Source: Prevotella sp.
GTDB taxonomy: Bacteria > Bacteroidota > Bacteroidia > Bacteroidales > Bacteroidaceae
Length of the DNA stretch: 64,000 nt
Assembly: GCA_017417465.1 (NCBI GenBank)
Contig: JAFPZD010000023.1
Coordinates: forward strand, 7,729-71,728
Reading direction: 5' to 3'
The first letter of the stretch is position 1, and each line of letters starts with the position of its first letter. Below the pieces are notes generated by a model. It was not told where the DNA came from. It made no database searches and worked only from the letters and a program-made list of their open reading frames with translations. Position numbers and translations under genes: made by a program. Shown here piece after piece: positions 29,768 through 40,094 of this stretch.

Positions 29768-31945
29768 TTAGTTATTAACTCCCGCCATAATATTGGTGAT
29801 AGCGACGATGTCGCCGATGCCGATGTCGTCGTCGCCGTTGACGTCGGCGCGCGCCACGATGTCGGCATCGGTGGTGATGCCAGCCATGACGTTGGTGATG
29901 GCCACGATGTCGCCGATGCCCACCTCGCCGTCGTCGTTCACGTCGCCAACGATGACATCAGTGATGCGCGAGAGGTAGCCGGGGGCGTCAGGGCCTCCGT
30001 CGATGCGTGCATAGTCAGAATCCACATGGTCAGGGCTGTACCTGGTGCCCTTGCCACCGTGGAGCTTCTCGCAGCCGACGAACATCAGCATGCCCAGCTC
30101 CACGTTGTCAGTGCTCCAGTTGTCGCCAGCATTGATTCTGGTCAGGTTGGGGCAGTAGCCGAACATCTGCATCATGTTGGTCACCTGCCTCGTGTCGAAG
30201 TTGCTCAGGTCGATGGTCTTCATGGCGGTGCAGCCGCTGAACATGTCGCGCATATTGGTCACTCGCTCCGTGTTCAGGGTGCTCAGGTCGACCGACTCCA
30301 AGCTGCTGCAGTTGAAGAACATGGCTCGCATGTTGGTCACGGTGTCGGTGTGGAGATAGTCGATGTGCGTGATGGACTTCAGGTTCGTCATGTCACTGAA
30401 CCAGCCGATGGTGGTGGGCGGCAGATACTTGTCGAACGACACGTCGAAGACGACGTCGGTCACCTCGACAGCCTTCTCTGCCCAGAAGGGCCTGTTCGTG
30501 CCTTTGTTGAGCGGCATGTTGAGACCGTACCTTGAGTGGTGCTTCCTGTCGAAATAGAATGTCAGGCGGCCGTTGGCCAGATTGGCATACGACAATGGCT
30601 CCACGTCGACGCCCGTCAGGTAGCCGGGCTTGCCGTCGATGCCGTCGATGCGGGCATATTCCGCATCGTAATGATTCGAGCTGTACTTGGTGCCAGCACC
30701 TCCGACAAGCTTTACGTCGTTGAAGAACATGTAGTCGGAGCTGGTGACGGCGGCGGTCGTCCACAGGTCGCTGACGGTGATGGTGGTCAGGTCGTCACAG
30801 CCCCAGAACATGTGGCCCATTTTCTGTACCTTGTGCGTGTCGAAAGTGCTGAGGTCGAGGGTGGTCAGCCCGCCGCATCCGTCGAACATGTTTTCCATGT
30901 CCGTCACGTTGCTCGTATCGAAGTTGCTCAGGTCGATGGTCCACAGCATGCTGCAATCGTCGAACATGGCCCACATGGTGGTCACGTTGCCAGTGTCGAA
31001 GCTGCTTAGGTCGAGGAAGTACAGCTTACTACAGTTGTAGAACATCATACTCATGGCTACGACGTTGCGCGTGTCGAAGTTACGGACGTTGAGGCTGGTC
31101 AGCGAGCTGCAATCCCTGAACATAGAAGTCATGGCTTTGACGTTGCTCGTGTCGAAGTTACGCACGTCGAGGCTGGTCAGCGAGCTGCACCCTTGGAACA
31201 TCAGGCCCATGTCTGTCACGTTGCGCGTGTCGAAGTGGGTGACATCGAGGGTCGTCAGCCCTGAACAGTAGAGGAACATGGCCAACATGGACTTCACATT
31301 TCGCGTATCGAAGTGGGTGACGTCGAGGGTGGTCAGCCCTGGGCAGTGAGCGAACATGTAGGACATGGTTGTCACATTGCTGGTGTCGAAGTTGGTGACG
31401 TCGAGGCTCGTCAGCGAGCTGCAACCGCAGAAAATGTTTCTCATGTCTGTCACGTTACTGGTGTCGAAATGTGAAACGTCGAGGCTCGTCAGCGAGGTGC
31501 AATCGTAGAACATGAAAGCCATGCTTTTCACGTTGCGCGTGTCGAAATGTGAGACGTCGAGGCTGGTGAGCGAGCTGCACCCTTCGAACATCCGCCACAT
31601 GCTCGTCACGCGTTCGGTGTTCAGGTTTTCGATGCCTTCAATGCTCGTCAGCCGTGCCATCGCCTGGAACCAGTTTTCGCAGTAGGTAGGGCGTGCATCG
31701 GCAAACGATGGGTCGAAGACGACTTTGGTAACCTTGGCATTGGAGCCGTCGGAATACCATTCGGGGTACGTTTTATTTGTGATGTTAAACACCTTGTCGG
31801 TTTTCTCACTTTTGGCGTTGTCGTAGTAGAACGTCATGATGGTGTCGGTGGCCGTCTCTTGATAGACCACATAAGCTTCTTGTGCCTTCATTGCTTGCGT
31901 ACCCACAAGCGCGAGGAGCAGGGCTGTCAATGCTGTTTTTAACAT
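29768..31945 (-). CDS. BspA-like/DUF285 surface repeat protein with dockerin-like C-terminus
   Basis: Many ~26-aa FDTxNVxxMxxMFxxCxxLxxLDV repeats. Confidence 0.88.
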   Translation of the reverse strand: MLKTALTALLLALVGTQAMKAQEAYVVYQETATDTIMTFYYDNAKSEKTDKVFNITNKTYPEWYSDGSNAKVTKVVFDPSFADARPTYCENWFQAMARLTSIEGIENLNTERVTSMWRMFEGCSSLTSLDVSHFDTRNVKSMAFMFYDCTSLTSLDVSHFDTSNVTDMRNIFCGCSSLTSLDVTNFDTSNVTTMSYMFAHCPGLTTLDVTHFDTRNVKSMLAMFLYCSGLTTLDVTHFDTRNVTDMGLMFQGCSSLTSLDVRNFDTSNVKAMTSMFRDCSSLTSLNVRNFDTRNVVAMSMMFYNCSKLYFLDLSSFDTGNVTTMWAMFDDCSMLWTIDLSNFDTSNVTDMENMFDGCGGLTTLDLSTFDTHKVQKMGHMFWGCDDLTTITVSDLWTTAAVTSSDYMFFNDVKLVGGAGTKYSSNHYDAEYARIDGIDGKPGYLTGVDVEPLSYANLANGRLTFYFDRKHHSRYGLNMPLNKGTNRPFWAEKAVEVTDVVFDVSFDKYLPPTTIGWFSDMTNLKSITHIDYLHTDTVTNMRAMFFNCSSLESVDLSTLNTERVTNMRDMFSGCTAMKTIDLSNFDTRQVTNMMQMFGYCPNLTRINAGDNWSTDNVELGMLMFVGCEKLHGGKGTRYSPDHVDSDYARIDGGPDAPGYLSRITDVIVGDVNDDGEVGIGDIVAITNVMAGITTDADIVARADVNGDDDIGIGDIVAITNIMAGVNN

Positions 31946-31947
31946 AG

Positions 31948-32125
31948 AAGGGGGAGTTAAGGGGAGTTGGAGTTAGGAATTAGGAGTTAGGAGTTGGGTA
32001 GTTAGGGGGACTTAAGGGGAGTTAAAGGGACGATAGTTGGGAAGGTGAAGAGTTCTTTGCAGAGCGAAGCGGCAAAGCCGAGCGGGGGAGGTATAGTAGG
32101 ATAGCTCTGCCTCCCCTACTCTTCC
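31948..32125. repeat. Composite GAGTTAG/GGAGTTAAAG array with shared inner motifs
   Basis: Contains GGGAGTTAAAGGGACGATAG and GGAGGTATAGTAGGATA. Confidence 0.75.
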
Positions 32126-32128
32126 TAA

Positions 32129-35100
32129 TTATTCAGTTAATCCGGCCATGATGTTCGTAATGGTCACGATGTCGCCGATGCCGATGTCGTCGTCGCCGTT
32201 GACGTCGGCGCGCTGGATGGTTTCCTCGTCAGTGGTGAGGCCTGCCATGATGTTGGTGATGGCCACAATGTCGCCAATGCCCACCTGCCCGTCGTTGTTG
32301 ACGTCGCCCACCAGTGGGGCAGGATCGTCGCCGAAGTGGTACTCCAGATAGAGGATGACGCACTGCTGCTCGCCAGTGTTAGTGAAGGTCACGCGGTCGG
32401 GCACGTTGTCGAGCGTGAAGTCCACGCAGTTGGGATTGTCGCGTGGTGCGTCAAGGTCGAGCACGGTGGTTGTCTCAGGCGTATAGCTGACGCCAGCGAC
32501 CTCCTTCCAGTAGCTGGTGCGGCTTGAGGCGTTGCTACCCGTAACGCTGTAGATGCGCAGCTTGGTGGCCTTTGCGCCCTCGGGCATGAAGATGGTGTTC
32601 TGTGCGCCGTTCGACATCTTGATGGCTGTGCGCTCCAAGATCTCGCCTTTGTACTCGACTTTGAGCTTTGGCGTGCCAGCCGATGCGTAGTTCTTCTGCA
32701 GGTTGCCAGTGACGACCAACGAGAAGCCGTAGGCCTCGTCGTTCTCGGCACCCACCATCATGTTCTTGTACGACGAGTTGTCGTACGACTGGTTGATCAT
32801 GTTACCCCATGCCAGCAGAGCCGTCTTCGTCTCGTAGGTTGGCTGCGGGTCGACGGTGCCCTGGTCAGGGTTCTGCTCGCCGCCTACCACCGTGAGGATG
32901 CCCTCGGAGTAGAGTTTCGAGGTGTCCCATGTCTGTCCCTCGCCAGGCGTGGCGGGCTCGATGCTGGCAAACGTGCCGCTGATGGTGCCGCCCTGAAGTT
33001 TGAACACCTGATACTGGGTCTTGTCGTAGGGTGCCTCGTCGAACTCAATCTTCAGCACGTTCTGGCCGCTCAGCGTGGTGGTGCCGTTCAGCGTGAGGGT
33101 GTTGCTCTGCGTGCGGTTGGCGGGCACGATGAGCGTGGCCGTGCCGTTGAGCTTCAGTGTGCCCTTGAAGGTGAGGCCACGGCTGTTGACCAGCGTGTCG
33201 CCTGCCTGCAGGGTGGCACCCGTGTTGACGGTGGTGTTAGCGGCCAGCGTGCCTGTGCCAGCCAGTGTGGCACCCGTACGCACGGTGACAGCGCCTGTGC
33301 CTGTATGGTTGCCGTTGACGATGAGACGGCCCTTGGTGACGATGGTGGTGCCGCTGTAGACGTTGCTACCTGTCAGGCGCCAGTCGCCAGAGCCCTGCTT
33401 CTCGATGTTAGTGGTGCCAGGATGCGAGCCGGCTTGGTCGTTGTTGTCGATGACGCCGCGGAACGTCTCGTTGGTGTTGGCACCGCCGACGACCCACGTG
33501 CCACTACCCTTGGCCTTCACGTTGAAGCCCGAGAGCTTCGCGCCGGCTTCGCCCGAGAGGCCTCCCAGGTAGTAGGTCGACTCGTTCTTGGCGCCGTTGA
33601 TGGCCGTTCCCGACTTCATGTAGATGGTGGCATTCCTAATGCCCACGCCGTTGCGGATGGCAAACTGGCGGTTGTTGCCATAGTTGCGTGTGCTGGTAAT
33701 GATGAGCTGACCAGTGAAGTTATCCCAGTTGCCCTCGATGTATTCGCGCAGATAGTTCACGCCCCACTGCAGGGTGCCCGTGCCGCTGACGCTGCACTTG
33801 TTGACGTTCCAGCGGTCGAAGTCGAAGGTCGACGTGGTGCCTGCCTCAGCCACGATGGGGAAGTTGTAGGTGACACTGGATTCGTTCTTGCCCACGGTGG
33901 TGAACGTGCCACCAGCCATGACCAGGCGCGAGACGGAACCGATGCCGGCGTCGCTGATTTCCTTGCTGTTAAGCTTCACGGTGCCGCCCTCCAGGCGCAG
34001 GTCGCCGTCGTAGTTGAAGAACGAGGCGGTGTTGACGGCCATCGTGCCCTCACCACCGATGGTGAGGTTGCCCTGGCCCTCGAACGAGCCGTTCATGGTC
34101 ACCACGGCGCTGCTGTTGACAATGTCGAAGCCCGTGTCGCCGTAGAGTTGTGCTGAGCGGTTGGTGGCCGTGGTGGCGCCCGTGTAGCGGTAAGTGCCGC
34201 CGTCCATCACCCAGTTCTGGGCGAACTCCTGGCTCATGCCAAGGCCGCTGGCCACGCCGCCGTTCTTCAACGACGAGAACTCGTAGGTGCCCTGATGCAG
34301 TACGGTGGCGCCCTCGTAGCGCTGGTCGCTCTGGATGGTCAGTGTGCCAAGGCCCGTCTTGTTCATCGAGGCCGAGCCGCTGACGTAGCCCGTGCCACCG
34401 ATGGTGACGTGGGCGTCGCTGTAAACGACGACGGCCGTCTTAGGCGTCGGCTCGCTGAGGGTGATCACCTCGTCGTCGAGCGGATTGATGAGCCACTCGC
34501 CGTCGCCCATGCCCGTGAACGTCTCGCAGTCGATGATGTCGACCTGCTCGGGGCGCGTCTTAACGGTCAGCTCAGGGGTGTATTCCGACTTCTGGTTACC
34601 TTTGTAAGCACATACGCGCACCACGTAAGCCTTGCCTGGCTCCAAGGACGATTGTGAATTTGTCAATTGTGAATTGTCAATCGTGAATTGTGAATCGCTG
34701 GTGCGACCCACCTCGACGAACGTGGTGCCCTGCTTCATCTCGACGATGAAGCCGTCCTCGTTGTCGCTATAGTCGGCCCACTGCAGCGCCAAGCTGCTGG
34801 TGGTCGACGAGGCGAGCGCGAGCAGCTGCGGTGCGCGCAGGAAGAACTGGCGGTCGGCCTTCGACAGGCCGTTGATGTAGTTCTCGATGTTGGCATAGCC
34901 ACTGGCATCGATCGTCATGGCGTCGTCCTTGTTGATGTCGGTGCCGTAGGCCTCCTCCCACCAGTCGGGCATGCCGTCGCCGTCGGTGTCCTGATCCTTC
35001 TGGCCCTTGAACCAGCTCCAGGTGGTGGGCACGCCGATGGGCAGCTCGTTCTCGTTGGTGATGAGCTTACCCTTCGTGCCAAACGACAGCACCTCGTCGA

Positions 35101-36130
35101 CCATGTAGCAGTCGGCCAGGTCGCGATAGGGCAGCGAGGCGCCCACGTCGGGCAGCAGCTTCGTCACCAGGTCGCGTGCCGACCATTTCTCCAAGGCGGG
35201 GTAGTCGTAAGGCTGCGACTGGCGATCGCCACCACCGTTGCCAGTGAACTCGGTGGGGTTGTATTTGCCGTCGCGGTTCTTATCCTGCCAGTTGTCGACT
35301 CCATAGAAGTGGAACTTCTCGTTGCCACCCGTCAGGGCGTCGCCACCCACGGCGGGGCCATTGATAAACATGTTCGACTCGATGTTCACATAGCTGGTGC
35401 CCTCAGAGTCGCCACCCATGTTGTAGGCGGCATTCTTCCAGTTGTACACCAGGCAGTTGGCATACTGGCTGATGCCCTTCACCTTGAAGTTACGCGTCGA
35501 GTTGTCGACCAGCAGCAGGCGGTAGAGCGTGATGTTGTCGGCCTGCATCAAGCCGCCGGCAGAGTGGGTCATCAGGCCCTGACCAACGATGCAGTTCTGC
35601 AGCGTGATATTCTGCGGCGCCGTGCCCTTGTTGTCCCAGTTGATCGAGAAGTTCTCGTCCTGTCCCCAGGCGAACGAGCAGTGGTCGAAGATCATGTTCT
35701 GGCCGTTGGCAATGCCAGCGCAATCCTTGTCTTTCGTACCCACGGCGCCCATGCGGAAGCGCATGTAGCGCAAGATGATGTTGTCGGCACCTGAGAAGCT
35801 CACGCCGTCGCCATAGACGGTGACACCCTCGCCAGGAGCCGTCTGTCCGGCCACGTAGAGGTTCTTGGCGAACGTCATGCGCGAGTTGATGCGGATGACA
35901 CCTGACACGTCGAACACCACGATGCGGTTCGGCTGACTGACGGCATCGCGCAACGAGCCAGTGCCCGAGTCGTTAAGGTTCGTCACGTGGTAGACAGTGC
36001 CCGTACGGCCGCCAGTGGCAAAGCGACCCCAGCCTTGTGCCTCGGGGAAGGCCAGCTGCTGAGCGTTGGCAGCGGTGCCGCAAACCAGCAGCAGCAGCAT
36101 GCCAAGTAGAAGTTTCTGAGTAGTTTTCAT
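32129..36130 (-). CDS. Multidomain pectate lyase (PL1-like) with Fn3, passenger-type beta-strand repeats and dockerin-like C-terminus
   Basis: AFPEAQGWGRFATGGR, VTNLNDSGTGSLRDA, AGQTAPG, DHCSFAWGQDE, DTDGDGMPD; K.G.G..L...N.YSG.T repeats. Confidence 0.87.
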   Translation of the reverse strand: MKTTQKLLLGMLLLLVCGTAANAQQLAFPEAQGWGRFATGGRTGTVYHVTNLNDSGTGSLRDAVSQPNRIVVFDVSGVIRINSRMTFAKNLYVAGQTAPGEGVTVYGDGVSFSGADNIILRYMRFRMGAVGTKDKDCAGIANGQNMIFDHCSFAWGQDENFSINWDNKGTAPQNITLQNCIVGQGLMTHSAGGLMQADNITLYRLLLVDNSTRNFKVKGISQYANCLVYNWKNAAYNMGGDSEGTSYVNIESNMFINGPAVGGDALTGGNEKFHFYGVDNWQDKNRDGKYNPTEFTGNGGGDRQSQPYDYPALEKWSARDLVTKLLPDVGASLPYRDLADCYMVDEVLSFGTKGKLITNENELPIGVPTTWSWFKGQKDQDTDGDGMPDWWEEAYGTDINKDDAMTIDASGYANIENYINGLSKADRQFFLRAPQLLALASSTTSSLALQWADYSDNEDGFIVEMKQGTTFVEVGRTSDSQFTIDNSQLTNSQSSLEPGKAYVVRVCAYKGNQKSEYTPELTVKTRPEQVDIIDCETFTGMGDGEWLINPLDDEVITLSEPTPKTAVVVYSDAHVTIGGTGYVSGSASMNKTGLGTLTIQSDQRYEGATVLHQGTYEFSSLKNGGVASGLGMSQEFAQNWVMDGGTYRYTGATTATNRSAQLYGDTGFDIVNSSAVVTMNGSFEGQGNLTIGGEGTMAVNTASFFNYDGDLRLEGGTVKLNSKEISDAGIGSVSRLVMAGGTFTTVGKNESSVTYNFPIVAEAGTTSTFDFDRWNVNKCSVSGTGTLQWGVNYLREYIEGNWDNFTGQLIITSTRNYGNNRQFAIRNGVGIRNATIYMKSGTAINGAKNESTYYLGGLSGEAGAKLSGFNVKAKGSGTWVVGGANTNETFRGVIDNNDQAGSHPGTTNIEKQGSGDWRLTGSNVYSGTTIVTKGRLIVNGNHTGTGAVTVRTGATLAGTGTLAANTTVNTGATLQAGDTLVNSRGLTFKGTLKLNGTATLIVPANRTQSNTLTLNGTTTLSGQNVLKIEFDEAPYDKTQYQVFKLQGGTISGTFASIEPATPGEGQTWDTSKLYSEGILTVVGGEQNPDQGTVDPQPTYETKTALLAWGNMINQSYDNSSYKNMMVGAENDEAYGFSLVVTGNLQKNYASAGTPKLKVEYKGEILERTAIKMSNGAQNTIFMPEGAKATKLRIYSVTGSNASSRTSYWKEVAGVSYTPETTTVLDLDAPRDNPNCVDFTLDNVPDRVTFTNTGEQQCVILYLEYHFGDDPAPLVGDVNNDGQVGIGDIVAITNIMAGLTTDEETIQRADVNGDDDIGIGDIVTITNIMAGLTE

Positions 36131-36530
36131 TGTCATTGTTATTATTGATTGGGTTTGTATCAGCAAATGTCGTCGGTTTATCGGCAAAAAACGTCGGCTA
36201 TCACTTTCAGTTATCACCGTGTTGGCCGTGGCCTTCGTGCCGGATTCGGGGGCCCTCCCGCCCTTTGCAGTCATCATGCGCCTCGTGCGCGCGAGAGAAG
36301 CGTTGATTTGTGCATCGGGAACAGCCGTTTTTCGCGACGTGAAAAGCCACTACTGGCTTTCTGAACCACGGTGCAAAGTTACGAAAAAGGTTTGCTGCCC
36401 TACGAATCTGTTAGCATTATTTAACTTTTTAGTGAGAAGTGAGTATTTCTACCGCCGTACCTTAACGGAAATGCAGGTACGGCGCAGCCAACTATTCACT
36501 ATTCACTATAAGCTATAAACTAACAAACGC

Positions 36531-36701
36531 AGTCATTTAGTCATTAGTCATTAGTCATTTTCGGTTTTCACATCCGCTTTTGGGTTCACTATAGTAATAC
36601 AAATAAATATTATTATAATAATATTTATTTGTATTACTATAGTGGAGGTTTGGAGGGGGTGAGAAGTCGATTTTGACTAATGACTAATGACTAAAATGAC
36701 T
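36531..36701. repeat. (AGTCATT)n / (AATGACT)n inverted arms enclosing a perfect 58-bp palindrome (36587-36644)
   Basis: Palindrome checked base by base. Confidence 0.92.
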
Positions 36702-36759
36702 ACTTTTTGAGTGAAAACTATTTTCCTCACTATCTCTTGCAGGATTTAGGAAAAAGTAT

Positions 36760-36767
36760 TACCTTTG
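36760..36767 (+). promoter_or_regulatory. TAnnTTTG promoter element for the S9 peptidase gene
   Basis: TACCTTTG upstream of ATG 36846. Confidence 0.6.
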
Positions 36768-36845
36768 CATCGCAACAATCAACCATAGCGATAAGGGGGG
36801 AGTTAAGCGAATGTGTAACTTGAATATCTGACCAAATTTATAAAT

Positions 36846-38900
36846 ATGAACACGAAAGGAAGCATAACGCTGCTGCTGGCACTGCTAATCAGCGCTACAG
36901 CATGGGCACAGGGCACAAAGGCCGACTACCAGCGCGCTAACGAGCTGCGTGGGAAATATGCAGGAAAGGTGAAGAACGGCGACGTCCGTGTGCATGTAAG
37001 GCGAGGCGAGCACAAGTTCTGGTACGCCGTGTACGACGGCGAGAAAGTGGTGTTCAAGGAGGTGAACGCCGACAGCAACACAGTCAGCCTGCTGCCTGAG
37101 AACCCTGAGCGGCCACGGCGCCACGAGTGGCACGGCCCACGACGCCACTGGATGGAGGTGCCCGACGAGAAGGACGGCTTCCGACGCTCGCCCGACGGCC
37201 GCGACAGCATCTACCACCACGACAACAACCTCTGGATGAACGGGCGCCCACTGACCACCGACGGCGATTCGGCATACTACTACTCGGCGTGGGGGTCGTT
37301 CTCGCCTGACGGCCTCTACTTCGCCACCGTGCGCATCAAACCAGCACCCAAGCACTACGTCTACTACGTCGAGTCGTCGCCCAAAGACGGCGTGGAGCCC
37401 GTGCTCCACAAGCAGGAGTATGCCAAGCCGGGCGACTCGCTCAACGTCCGTGTGCCAGTCATTGTCGAGGTGGCCACAGGGCGCGTGGTAGAGCCGTCGA
37501 CAGCGCTCTTCGAGCGTCAGTACTACGTGTCGGCACCACAATGGGACGGCAACAGCGAGACGGTCACCTTCGAGTTCAACGAGCGTGGCCACAAGACGTT
37601 CCGCGTGCTCGAGCTGTCGGCCGTCACTGGCCAGGTGCGCACGCTTATCGAGGAGCACAACGACAAGTACGTGAACTACAACCGTCAGCAGCGCCACGAC
37701 CTGAGCGACGGACGACGCATCGTCTGGACAAGCGAGCGCGACGGCTACCACCACATCTACCTCTACGACCGCCAGAAGGCACAGCTCGTGCGCCAGGTGA
37801 CACGTGGCGAGTTCTACGTCCGTGACATTCAGCACATCGACGAGAAGCGCGGCATCGTCTACTTCTCAGCCAACGGCATGAACAAGGAGGAGGATCCCTA
37901 CCATATCCATTACTACAAGATAGGGCTCGACGGCAAAGGCCTGAGATGCCTCACGCCTGAGGAGGGCCACCACAGCGCCACCTACACCGACGACATGCAG
38001 TATCTCATCGACACCTACTCGACGGTCACCACACCACCCGTCACCGTGCTGCGATCGGGCAAGGACGGCCGCATCATGCGCACCCTCGAGACGGCCGACA
38101 TCAGCGCCCTGGAGGCCGCCGGCTGGCACGCGCCTGAGGTGTTCGTGGCAAAGGGCCGCGACGGCGTCACCGACATGTGGGGGCTCATCCAGCGACCCAC
38201 GAACTTCGACCCGACGAAGAAGTACCCCGTCATCGAGTACATCTACTCAGGACCTGGCGACCAGTACGTGCCAAAGTCGTTCAATGCTGGGGTGAGCTGG
38301 CTCTCGGGCCTCGCCGAGCTGGGGTTCATCGTCGTGCAGCTCGACGCCATGACCACCTCGTTCCGCTCACGGGTGTTCGAGGAGGTGTGCTACAAGAACC
38401 TGGCAGACGCAGGATTGCCCGACCGCATTGCGTGGATTCGTGCAGCCGCAGAGCGATACCCTTACATCGACATCGACCGCGTGGGCATCTACGGATGCTC
38501 GGCAGGGGGGCAGAACGCACTGGCAGCAGTGCTCTTCCATGGCGACTTCTACAAGGCGGCATACGCTGCCTGCGGATGCCACGATAACCGTATGGACAAG
38601 ATATGGTGGAACGAGCAGTGGATGGGCTATCCCATCGACAGCAGCTACGTCGCCTGCTCGAACGTCGAGAACGCCCATCGCCTGAACCGCCCGCTGATGC
38701 TGCTCGTCGGTGAGCTCGACGATAATGTCGACCCTGCCTCCACCATGCAGGTGGTCGACGCCCTCGTCAAAGCCGGCAAGGACTTCGAGCTGGTGGTCAT
38801 TCCTGGCGCACACCACACCATGGGCGAAGCCTACGGCGAGCACAAGCGCTACGACTTCTTCGTCAGGCATCTCCTTGGCGTAACGCCCCCAGCGTGGTAG
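36846..38900 (+). CDS. S9 family (DPP IV-like) peptidase
   Basis: Beta-propeller region; GIYGCSAGG nucleophile; GELDDNV; PGAHH. Confidence 0.9.
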   Translation: MNTKGSITLLLALLISATAWAQGTKADYQRANELRGKYAGKVKNGDVRVHVRRGEHKFWYAVYDGEKVVFKEVNADSNTVSLLPENPERPRRHEWHGPRRHWMEVPDEKDGFRRSPDGRDSIYHHDNNLWMNGRPLTTDGDSAYYYSAWGSFSPDGLYFATVRIKPAPKHYVYYVESSPKDGVEPVLHKQEYAKPGDSLNVRVPVIVEVATGRVVEPSTALFERQYYVSAPQWDGNSETVTFEFNERGHKTFRVLELSAVTGQVRTLIEEHNDKYVNYNRQQRHDLSDGRRIVWTSERDGYHHIYLYDRQKAQLVRQVTRGEFYVRDIQHIDEKRGIVYFSANGMNKEEDPYHIHYYKIGLDGKGLRCLTPEEGHHSATYTDDMQYLIDTYSTVTTPPVTVLRSGKDGRIMRTLETADISALEAAGWHAPEVFVAKGRDGVTDMWGLIQRPTNFDPTKKYPVIEYIYSGPGDQYVPKSFNAGVSWLSGLAELGFIVVQLDAMTTSFRSRVFEEVCYKNLADAGLPDRIAWIRAAAERYPYIDIDRVGIYGCSAGGQNALAAVLFHGDFYKAAYAACGCHDNRMDKIWWNEQWMGYPIDSSYVACSNVENAHRLNRPLMLLVGELDDNVDPASTMQVVDALVKAGKDFELVVIPGAHHTMGEAYGEHKRYDFFVRHLLGVTPPAW

Positions 38901-38929
38901 CCTTGGCAGTGACACCTGCCCACACACAC

Positions 38930-39086
38930 TCGCGGCCCTGACACTGGCGGCGTCCTGTATGCCGCGTTGTTAACGCGGCCCTGACACTGGTGGCCCTGAC
39001 ACTGGTGGCCCTGCCCCTCGCGGCCCTGCCCCTCGCGGCCCTGACACTGGCGCCGCCCTGTATGCCGCGTTGTTAACGCGGCCCCC
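38930..39086. repeat. Composite 15-bp GGCCCTGACACTGGY / GGCCCTGCCCCTCGC repeats with two GCCGCGTTGTTAACGCGGC hairpins
   Basis: Seen directly between convergent genes. Confidence 0.85.
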
Positions 39087-39094
39087 ACTTTCCC

Positions 39095-40003
39095 TCACTC
39101 AATACACCCGACGATGTCGTTAACGTCAGCCACGCCGTGCGCGTCGAGCCACTGGTCAATGCCATCGCGGATCTTCATCGTCACGGCAGGGTCGATGAAA
39201 TTCGCCGTGCCCACCTCGATGGCCGTGGCGCCACACATGATGAACTCCAGGGCGTCGCGAGCCGTCATAATGCCTCCAAGGCCGACGATGGGGATGCTGA
39301 CCGCCTTTCGCACCTGCAGTACCATACGCAAGGCGACAGGCTTGATGCAAGGGCCGCTAAGCCCGCCAGTGCCAATGCTGAGCACACGCCGCCGCCGCTC
39401 GATGTCGACGGCCGTGCCCATCAGCGTGTTGATGAGCGACACGGCATCGGCTCCTGCCGCCTCCACCGCCCGTGCTATCTCACTGATATCGGTCACGTTA
39501 GGCGACAGCTTCACGATGAGCGTCTTGTGGTAGCGCTCACGAACGGCACGCACCACGCTCTCGGCTCCTGCGCAACTGACGCCAAAGGCCATGCCGCCGT
39601 CGTGGACGTTGGGACACGAGATGTTCAGCTCGATGGCGGGCACTCGCTCAAGCGCGTCGATGCGTGCAGCGCACTCGGCATAGTCGTCGGGCGACGAACC
39701 GCTGACGTTCACAATCCAGCAGGTGTCGATGTCCTTCAGCTGCGGATAGATATGCTCGCAGAAGTAATCAACGCCCTTGTTCTGCAAGCCCACGCAGTTG
39801 AGCATGCCCATCGGCGTCTCGGCCATGCGCGGATAGTCGTTGCCCTCGCGAGGACGCAGTGTGGTGCCTTTCACAATGATGCCACCAAGCTCCTCGAGGT
39901 TGACAAAGTCCTGAAACTCTAGCCCGTAGCCAAACGTGCCGGAGGCCGTCATCACGGGATTCTTAAGGTGCAGCGCACCGATATTTACGTCTAATCGTGC
40001 CAT
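39095..40003 (-). CDS. pyrD: Dihydroorotate dehydrogenase B, catalytic subunit
   Basis: [39 protein letters not shown]. Confidence 0.96.
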   Translation of the reverse strand: MARLDVNIGALHLKNPVMTASGTFGYGLEFQDFVNLEELGGIIVKGTTLRPREGNDYPRMAETPMGMLNCVGLQNKGVDYFCEHIYPQLKDIDTCWIVNVSGSSPDDYAECAARIDALERVPAIELNISCPNVHDGGMAFGVSCAGAESVVRAVRERYHKTLIVKLSPNVTDISEIARAVEAAGADAVSLINTLMGTAVDIERRRRVLSIGTGGLSGPCIKPVALRMVLQVRKAVSIPIVGLGGIMTARDALEFIMCGATAIEVGTANFIDPAVTMKIRDGIDQWLDAHGVADVNDIVGCIE

Positions 40004-40006
40004 CTT

Positions 40007-40094
40007 TACTATTTCAACTATAGCGACTATTTCAACTATTTCAACTATAGTAACTATTCCAACTATTCCAACTATTCCAACTATTCCAACTATT
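40007..40094. repeat. 9-bp tandem array (ACTATTYCA)n between pyrK and pyrD
   Basis: About ten units seen directly. Confidence 0.9.

Noticed and set aside
33000-34400. Type V autotransporter
   Set aside because: Passenger-type repeats are present but there is no C-terminal beta-barrel
36131-36370. Riboswitch in the long pectate lyase leader
   Set aside because: No recognisable aptamer consensus; an Infernal search would be needed
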